From Pseudomonadota bacterium (GTDB lineage Bacteria > Pseudomonadota > Gammaproteobacteria > Steroidobacterales > Woeseiaceae): 31,416 nt of DNA. The translations under genes and the position numbers were made by a program. Location: assembly GCA_038533315.1 (NCBI GenBank), contig JBCAZB010000001.1, forward strand, positions 1-31,416. The letters run 5' to 3'. How positions within the stretch are numbered: the first letter of the stretch is position 1; every line of letters begins with the position of its first letter. Shown here one piece after another: positions 9,456-16,319 of this stretch. The notes under the pieces are model-generated. The model searched no databases, was not told where the DNA came from, and saw only the letters and a list, made by a program, of their open reading frames with translations.

Positions 9456-10480
9456 TGCCGCAGCCATTGCGTGTCACTGTGCCCGGCAAGATTATGCTGG
9501 CCGGTGAGTATGCCGTGCTTCGCGGTGGTGTCGCCATGCTCGCCAGCACCACCCAGGTGTGTGAGGCGACGTTACGTCGGCACAGTGAGCCCGACCACAG
9601 TATTCGTACCGTCGGCTTTCGAGAAGGTACCTATCGATTCTCCATTGATGCACGTGCTCGAGTGACCGATGTCGGTGGTGACAGCGCGGCCGCGCTGCGT
9701 TTACCGGTTGCAGTGATCGAGGAGTTCCCGCCGCGTAAACCGGTCAGTTTGAGTCTCGATACCCGTGCGTTCTACACCGCTGATCGCAAACTCGGGCTGG
9801 GTTCCAGCGCCGCGGCGACCGTGGCGCTAGCTGAAGTGTTGGCTCGTTTCAATGGTGATCCAGACGTGCGGCGCAGTGCGCTCAACGCCCACCGCGCCTT
9901 TCAGGGTGGGCATGGCAGCGGCGCGGATATTTACGCGGTACAACAGGGCGGTGTGGTGTCTTTCCAGCGCAGCGAAGGGCGGAACAAACTGACCACCTTG
10001 CCATGGCCTGAGTCGTTGCATGCCACAGTGTTCACGTTGTCGACGGCTGCGCCCACCGTCTCGCATATCCAGCGGTTTGACGCCTGGCTCGAGAAAGACG
10101 CGACGGCCGAACGACTGCTTGGCGAGATGATCGCCGCGACGCACGCCTTGGGGAAGGTGTGGCGCAGCGGCGATGCAGCAGCGATAATTGAGAGTATGCG
10201 TGAATTGACGCAACACATGCTGGCCATCGATGCAGCGGGCGAGCTCGGCTATACAGCGGGTGGTCATGCGGCGCTGCTTCAGACCGAGACACCGGCTGGT
10301 GTTTTGTATAAACCGGTCGGCGCTGGTGGTGGCGACCTTGGGCTTGCGCTTTCGGATGATCCGACGGCACTGGCGGCCTTCGCAAGTCAAGTCACCGGCA
10401 AGAACTGCACTGTGCTCGACACAGCACTGGGCGTCACGCGCCCGACGCGCAGCTGGCAAGCGGATGAGGGGACATCATGA
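9455..10480 (+). CDS. mvaK2: Phosphomevalonate kinase (GHMP family)
   Basis: Start reassigned to GTG 9455 (overlaps the mvaD TAG). PGKIMLAGEYAVL, KLGLGSSAA, GSGADI, KPVGAGGGDLG, plus position within the MVA operon. Confidence 0.82.
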   Translation: MPQPLRVTVPGKIMLAGEYAVLRGGVAMLASTTQVCEATLRRHSEPDHSIRTVGFREGTYRFSIDARARVTDVGGDSAAALRLPVAVIEEFPPRKPVSLSLDTRAFYTADRKLGLGSSAAATVALAEVLARFNGDPDVRRSALNAHRAFQGGHGSGADIYAVQQGGVVSFQRSEGRNKLTTLPWPESLHATVFTLSTAAPTVSHIQRFDAWLEKDATAERLLGEMIAATHALGKVWRSGDAAAIIESMRELTQHMLAIDAAGELGYTAGGHAALLQTETPAGVLYKPVGAGGGDLGLALSDDPTALAAFASQVTGKNCTVLDTALGVTRPTRSWQADEGTS

Positions 10481-13293
10481 CGTCGGTATTTTCCGGGTTC
10501 TATCGTTTGGCGATCAGCGACCGACTGGCCGCGTTGCTCGAGGCCGGCGTATTGTCTACCAACGATTATGCGGCGCTGAGCAGTGGCGATATCACGCTGG
10601 ATCGCGGTACGGCAGAACATTTGATCGAGAACGTGATTGGCGTCGCCGGCCTGCCGTTTGCCGTCGCGCTCAACTTCCGGATCAACAAGCAAGAGCGGCT
10701 GATTCCGATGGTCGTCGAAGAGCCTTCGATCGTTGCCGCTTTGTCGTCGGCCGCGAAGTTGGCGCGGTCGGTCGGCGGGTTCGAGGTCGACAGTGACGAT
10801 GGCCTGATGATCGGCCAGATTCAGTTACTGGACGGCGAAGACCCGGATGCATCACTAGCGGCGCTGGCCGATGCCGAACAACGTATCGTTGACGCAGCCA
10901 ATGCGGTGCATCCAAACCTGATCAAACGCGGTGGCGGTGTGCGTGGCATGCAGCAATTCAGCTATCAACGTGCAGGTGGCGGTCACATGATCGTCGTCCA
11001 TTTGCTGATCGACACCTGTGACGCGATGGGCGCCAACCTGATTAATACGATCTGCGAGCAGGTCGCGCCGATGGTGGCATCGATTGCCGGTGCGCGTCCG
11101 CACCTGCGCATCTTGTCCAATCTGGCGGACAAAGCACTGGTGCGAGCCCGTATGCGTCTGCCGCTGTCAGCATTGCATGCGGACGAAGAAAAGGCGCGTT
11201 CGATTCGTGATGGCATCATCGCCGCCAACGAGTTCGCGGAACTCGATGTGCATCGCGCGACGACGCACAACAAAGGCATCATGAACGGTATCGATGCGTT
11301 GGTTGTCGCGACCGGCAACGACTGGCGTGCGGTGGAAGCCAGCGCCCACGCATGGGCAGCACGCAGCGGTCGTTACCGCTCACTAACACGCTGGACGGCG
11401 AATGAGCAGGGCGATCTATGTGGCGAGCTGTTATTGCCGATCAAACTCGGCATCGTCGGTGGCTCTGTACGTGTCAATCCTGTGGCGAAGTTAAGTTTGC
11501 GACTCGCAGGCATCGAGCGTTCACGTGAGCTTGACGAGATCGCCTGTGTCGTTGGTCTTGCGCAGAACTTTTCTGCGCTCAAAGCACTGGCGACGGACGG
11601 CATCCAGCGCGGCCATATGGCATTGCACGCACGCAGCGTCGCGATTCAGGCGGGCGCTCAGGATTCTGAGGTCGAGCCGGTCGTCGCAGCGATGACCGCG
11701 GAGGGCGTCGTTAAGACCTGGCGTGCGCGAGAACTCATCGAAGAGCTGCGTCTTAAGTCACCCGCTTATCCGCCACGTGAACTGATCGGCGAAGTCAGCA
11801 GTGCGGCGAAACTAATTCTGGCCGGCGAGCATGCGGTGGTTTACGGTCGCCGCGCACTGGGTTTGCCGATTCCGCGTGCGTTACGCGCCGAGGTGTTCAG
11901 CAGCAAGACACCGTTGACTATCCGCGTCGACGACTGGCAACTGCAGTATGACGCCAGCGATGATGCCGATCATCGCAGCCCGCTCGGCATGCTGGTCGAT
12001 ACGATCCTGTCGCTTGCCGCGATCGAAATGCCGAACGGTCATATCGATGTGTCATGCCAGATCCCGTTTGCGGCGGGCCTCGGCGGCTCGGCGGCCCTCG
12101 CCGTGGTGCTAATTCGTGCGATGGCGAAACTCACCGGCCTCAAACTGTCACCCACCGAGATCAACGAGATGGCGTTCGCCTGCGAGAAGCTCGCGCACGG
12201 CACACCATCGGGTGTCGACAACACGCTGGCGACTTTCGCTGCACCATTGCTGTTCTCGCCGCGTGCGACGGCGAAGACTCAAGACATCGCGATCGCCGCG
12301 CCACTGCAGCTCGTCATCGCCTTCAGTGGCATCAAAGGTGTGACGTCAGATTTGGTGGCGCGTGTGGGTGAACGTCGGGAGCGACGACCCGCTGCATTCG
12401 ATGCGATGTTTGACCAGATCGACGCCGAAGTGTCGGCGTGCCTCGCTGCGTTGCAGTCGGCGGATTGGCGATCACTTGGCGACAGCCTGAACCTGTGCCA
12501 CGGTCTGTTGAATGCCATCGGCGTTAGTCATCCAGAACTCGAGAAGATGGTGCACATCGCGCGCGATGCGGGTGCACTCGGTGCCAAGCTGACCGGCGCT
12601 GGCGGCGGCGGCTCGGTGATTGCGCTGTGTGAGGGCAATGCGGAGCAAGTCGCGACGGCCCTGCGTCAAGCACGCTACGAAGCACGCGTTATTGATGTGG
12701 CCGCTGCTGAGCCAGCGGACCCGATCGTTTCATTCGATGCCGAGGAACTGGTGCTCGTCAACGAGCAGGATGAGATCACCGGTTATCTACCGAAGGCCGA
12801 TTGCCATAACGGTGATGGTATTTTGCACCGCGCGTTTTCGTTGTTTGTGTTCAATGATGCCGGCGAGGTATTGTTGCAGCAACGCGCCGCGGACAAACGC
12901 TTGTGGGGCGGCTATTGGTCCAACAGCTGTTGCTCTCATCCGCGCCGCGGTGAGTCCATGGACGAGGCGACTCATCGACGCCTGCATCAGGAACTTGGTT
13001 GCCACGCCGAGCTCGAGTTTGTCTACAAGTTCAGCTACCAGGCGAGCTTTGGCAGTGCTGGCAGCGAACACGAGATGTGCTCGGTGTATGTAGGTCGTCT
13101 GAAAGACGAAGTGCGGCCTAATCGAACCGAGGTCGACGACTGGCAGTTTCTGGCGCCCGAGGCGGTCGACCGATGGCTCGCCGAAGACCCGGACACGCTA
13201 ACGCCGTGGTTCAAGATGGAGTGGGCGAAGTTGCGCCACGAGTATGCCGACAGCATCGAATCGCTGACGGCGCCGGTCGAGTCACCCGAGTAG
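10477..13293 (+). CDS. Trifunctional fusion: class II HMG-CoA reductase (~aa 1-425) + mevalonate kinase (~aa 440-740) + type 1 isopentenyl-diphosphate isomerase (~aa 756-930)
   Basis: HMGR: ENVIG, EEPSIVAA, DAMGAN, THNKGIMNG, GIQRGHMALHAR. MVK: AAKLILAGEHAVVYG, GLGGSAA, EKLAHGTPSGVDN, KLTGAGGGG. IDI1: LHRAFSLFVFN, LLQQRA, WSNSCCSHP, RRLHQELG, EHEMC, TPWF. One uninterrupted 938-codon frame. Confidence 0.93.
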   Translation: MTSVFSGFYRLAISDRLAALLEAGVLSTNDYAALSSGDITLDRGTAEHLIENVIGVAGLPFAVALNFRINKQERLIPMVVEEPSIVAALSSAAKLARSVGGFEVDSDDGLMIGQIQLLDGEDPDASLAALADAEQRIVDAANAVHPNLIKRGGGVRGMQQFSYQRAGGGHMIVVHLLIDTCDAMGANLINTICEQVAPMVASIAGARPHLRILSNLADKALVRARMRLPLSALHADEEKARSIRDGIIAANEFAELDVHRATTHNKGIMNGIDALVVATGNDWRAVEASAHAWAARSGRYRSLTRWTANEQGDLCGELLLPIKLGIVGGSVRVNPVAKLSLRLAGIERSRELDEIACVVGLAQNFSALKALATDGIQRGHMALHARSVAIQAGAQDSEVEPVVAAMTAEGVVKTWRARELIEELRLKSPAYPPRELIGEVSSAAKLILAGEHAVVYGRRALGLPIPRALRAEVFSSKTPLTIRVDDWQLQYDASDDADHRSPLGMLVDTILSLAAIEMPNGHIDVSCQIPFAAGLGGSAALAVVLIRAMAKLTGLKLSPTEINEMAFACEKLAHGTPSGVDNTLATFAAPLLFSPRATAKTQDIAIAAPLQLVIAFSGIKGVTSDLVARVGERRERRPAAFDAMFDQIDAEVSACLAALQSADWRSLGDSLNLCHGLLNAIGVSHPELEKMVHIARDAGALGAKLTGAGGGGSVIALCEGNAEQVATALRQARYEARVIDVAAAEPADPIVSFDAEELVLVNEQDEITGYLPKADCHNGDGILHRAFSLFVFNDAGEVLLQQRAADKRLWGGYWSNSCCSHPRRGESMDEATHRRLHQELGCHAELEFVYKFSYQASFGSAGSEHEMCSVYVGRLKDEVRPNRTEVDDWQFLAPEAVDRWLAEDPDTLTPWFKMEWAKLRHEYADSIESLTAPVESPE

Positions 13294-13425
13294 GTAGGCG
13301 CTAAGCATCCCACGGACGCTCAGCGATCCCTGTGTCTCGCTCAATGACGTTCGCTCAGGGAGCCGATCATTAATGGGGCGATCCAGCCCGAAAGTGGTTT
13401 GGGCCCGATTTGCCTCGGACTAAAT

Positions 13426-14895
13426 TCAAGCGCGGTACTTGTAGTACTCGATGCCGATATCCTGGAATTTGTGATCGGTCTTGCGGCCCACGTCGGCGAT
13501 AAAGAACTCGCCACCATTCGACGCCGGCAAACCCAGTGCACGTCGACCGTCGTGTAGTGCTTCGTACTGTTCGCGACTGATGTCGATGGGTTGCTCCAAC
13601 GCTTGGGCGAACCGTATCTTGCGCGTGGCTTCACGCCAGCCTGGTGCGACGTACATCGGGATGACTTCCGCCGCATCGCCACTGCCGTACCCGAGGGTCA
13701 GGATTTCTTGTCCGGTCAGGTCGATATCGTCACGCAGCGCTTCTTCAAAGCCGGACGCCATCCACGCCGGCAGTGCCGCCGTGTAAAGGTTGCCGAGATC
13801 GCGCATGCCTTCGCTGCCGAGTGCCAGTTTGCTTTCAACGGTGTCTACGAAATCGGGCATGCGACGGAACAGGCGCACCAGCGCCATTGTTAGCGGCATT
13901 GCATCGTCGTTGAGATGTTCTGCGCTCGCGAGTGACGCGATCGTGTGGTCTGCGCGCAGTTCAGCGACTAACTCGTCGCCATCCATTTCAGCTAGTGCTG
14001 CGTATTCACGCAAGCGTGCTTCGCCGTCATCGCTGTTGGCGAGCGCCCAGAACCACGCAACCGAGAAACCGTTTTCCGGCATACGTCGGTAAGGACGGTG
14101 CATGAATAAGTGTTTGACGGATTCCAAGTGTGCCGCTGGGTCGATACCTCGGCGACGATACATATCGGCGAGTGCGTGCAGCGTCTCGTCGATATAGCAG
14201 GTGGTGGAATACTTGCCATTGAACACCGGGAAATCCTGCACTTGATGCGATTCACTGCGGTCCTGACCGCAGAAGCGCAGCATCGGCTTACGGAAATCCA
14301 TGATGCGGTAGTCAGACGCGCTGCCACTGTTAATGAGATCGACCGTAGCGAGCTGCGGGTCTTCCTCAAGCAGCATGGCGATCGCGCCAGCGCCCTGCGT
14401 GGGTTCACCACTGCTGCCGCGTTGGTATTCTGCGATGTCAGCACAGACAACAATCGCCTTGCTGCCGCGGCCGTCAAAAGCGAGCGCGCGAATCGCGCTT
14501 TTCATCGCGTAGACGCCGCCGAGACACGCATGTTTGAACTCTGGGACTTCGCAAGCACGCGATAGTGCTGGCTTGCCGCGTTGCTCCAATGCGGCGTCGA
14601 CCATGCCTTTGACGATCACCGCGCCCGCGGAATTGTCGAGGCTCGATTCGGTACCCAGACCCAGGAAGCGAACGCTATCGGGATCGATGTCGTATTGGTC
14701 GATGAGTCGCAGGACTGCGGTCGCAGCCATCGTGTAAACGCTGTGTTCGTGACCACGCATTCGGAAGCTGTGGCCGACGACGGCGCTGATTTTAGACCAT
14801 TGCTGGTCTGTCCAATCGCACCATTCGTCGAGTTTTACACGATAAGGTGGCACATAGGCCGCGAGCCCACTGATTCCGATGTTTGTCATGGTCAT
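13426..14895 (-). CDS. mvaS: Hydroxymethylglutaryl-CoA synthase (long form)
   Basis: Start ATG 14895 or 14889 (MTMTNIGISGLAAYVP). GTESS (catalytic Glu), EFKHACLGG (catalytic Cys), GEPTQGAGA, HRPY (catalytic His), LGNLYT, GYGSG. Confidence 0.88.
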   Translation of the reverse strand: MTMTNIGISGLAAYVPPYRVKLDEWCDWTDQQWSKISAVVGHSFRMRGHEHSVYTMAATAVLRLIDQYDIDPDSVRFLGLGTESSLDNSAGAVIVKGMVDAALEQRGKPALSRACEVPEFKHACLGGVYAMKSAIRALAFDGRGSKAIVVCADIAEYQRGSSGEPTQGAGAIAMLLEEDPQLATVDLINSGSASDYRIMDFRKPMLRFCGQDRSESHQVQDFPVFNGKYSTTCYIDETLHALADMYRRRGIDPAAHLESVKHLFMHRPYRRMPENGFSVAWFWALANSDDGEARLREYAALAEMDGDELVAELRADHTIASLASAEHLNDDAMPLTMALVRLFRRMPDFVDTVESKLALGSEGMRDLGNLYTAALPAWMASGFEEALRDDIDLTGQEILTLGYGSGDAAEVIPMYVAPGWREATRKIRFAQALEQPIDISREQYEALHDGRRALGLPASNGGEFFIADVGRKTDHKFQDIGIEYYKYRA

Positions 14896-14971
14896 TCTGC
14901 GCTGACTGGTAGTGGCGCTGCCCAACGCGGCTTTCGGGCAGGAGGCCGACACAAATTTTGTCCCCGACGGC

Positions 14972-15000
14972 ATTGTAGGCCTGTGGCACGGTGCCTACAA
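14972..15000 (-). promoter_or_regulatory. Putative sigma70 promoter of mvaS, overlapped by an 8-bp inverted repeat
   Basis: Minus strand TTGTAG (15000-14995)-N17-TACAAT (14977-14972). Plus strand TTGTAGGC-N12-GCCTACAA (14973-15000). Confidence 0.55.
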
Positions 15001-15011
15001 GCCTCGTGGCA

Positions 15012-16319
15012 TCAATAAGTGGCGAAGATGTACAACACCATTGTGACAATAATGATAACGACAGCGGTGAGATAGCCTGCAAATAGCAGAACGTACTTGA
15101 ACAGCGTGATCACACGCCCCTGCTGGTAGACATTTCGCAACGCCTTGTACAAATAGATCGGAATATAAAGCCCAATCAATAAGTTAGGGATCAAATAGAG
15201 CCAGCTGGGCGCGGTCGTCAGTGACAGCAGGCTGTTGTAGCTGAACAGGATCGAGGCAGCGAAAAACAGGAAGCTGTGGTAGTGCACCAGCATCAGCAGA
15301 TGCTCGACGTAGTAACGACGTGACAGTGGGTACAAAAATTTCAGCAGCATCGCGAGCAACGGCAACAATGCCAATGCGCCAACCGCGAGGTTCTGCGTAA
15401 AGCGCTCGGTGAAACGCTGCCCGTTATCGTCTTTGATGTGGTCACAAATGGCTTCCGCACGTCGCTCTGTGATGTAGCGGTTAAGCCACGGCATACCGAT
15501 CTCGTCGAAATCGGCCTCACAAGGAATTTCTTCCTCGGCTTCGGCCAGCGCGTCCGCGTCTGTCGGCAGCTCGTTGTCATTGTCGAGTGTTGCGTCGTCT
15601 TCCGGCTCAGGGTCTCCGTCGCCGACGCGCAGATTGACACCATCGGCACCGATCGACAGCCCGGTGATACGTACCTCGTCATCGACCGACTCATCGATCG
15701 CGCTGCTCTCGGTGAAGGCGGTCGTTAGCAGGAAGAAGATGAAACTCATCACGAGATACATGCGGAACGGAGGCATGTAACGAGCGCGCCGCCCGCGCAG
15801 GTATTCGGCGGTCAGGTAGCCTGGGCGAATGGCGAGCGGGATCATCGTTCGCCACAGGCGCGAATCCAGCTCAAACATGTCCCCGAAGGCGTCCCTGATC
15901 AGTTCGAACAGGCTGATCAGGCGGGTGTTGCTGCGCTGACCACAATTCCAGCAATACTGACCGGAGATCTCAACGCCGCAATTCAGGCAACTCGTTGCCG
16001 ATGTTTCGCTGCGGGTCTCCATCGCACGGACCTGGCGACTGCTGCGTAAGTCTTCGCCAAATAGGGCGACTCCCGGTGCGCGCATCCGCTCCGCATGCTC
16101 TTCAAGGTATCGATCCAGCGCCTGTTGATCGGATAAGACGTATTGCACCGTATGTACAACGCGATCGTCTTGTGTCGGAGAAGGATCAAACCGGTGCGCT
16201 TCGATGAAGCCCGGCAATGCCAGCATGTCATCGACATGCGCAGGCAACCAGTCCCCGAGCGCTGCGCTGTCGCGCTCGGGGATACTCAGTTTAACTTCAT
16301 AAACAACGCGTCTACTCAG
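15012..16319 (-). CDS. DUF4286-like N-terminal domain fused to zinc-ribbon/DUF3667-like membrane protein; probable CTG start
   Basis: Frame is open upstream of the listed TTG to CTG 16319 (SRRVVYEVKL...DWLPAHVDDMLALPGF...YVL, DUF4286-like). Then CLNCG-x5-YCWNCGQ, LDSRLWRT, RPGYLTAEYLRGRRARYMPPFRMYL (DUF3667-like) and several TMs. Confidence 0.75.
   Translation of the reverse strand: MSRRVVYEVKLSIPERDSAALGDWLPAHVDDMLALPGFIEAHRFDPSPTQDDRVVHTVQYVLSDQQALDRYLEEHAERMRAPGVALFGEDLRSSRQVRAMETRSETSATSCLNCGVEISGQYCWNCGQRSNTRLISLFELIRDAFGDMFELDSRLWRTMIPLAIRPGYLTAEYLRGRRARYMPPFRMYLVMSFIFFLLTTAFTESSAIDESVDDEVRITGLSIGADGVNLRVGDGDPEPEDDATLDNDNELPTDADALAEAEEEIPCEADFDEIGMPWLNRYITERRAEAICDHIKDDNGQRFTERFTQNLAVGALALLPLLAMLLKFLYPLSRRYYVEHLLMLVHYHSFLFFAASILFSYNSLLSLTTAPSWLYLIPNLLIGLYIPIYLYKALRNVYQQGRVITLFKYVLLFAGYLTAVVIIIVTMVLYIFATY

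Noticed and set aside
13426-14895. HMGS as a polyketide beta-branching (PksG-like) enzyme
   Set aside because: No ACP, KS or enoyl-CoA hydratase genes nearby; it sits beside all the downstream MVA enzymes.
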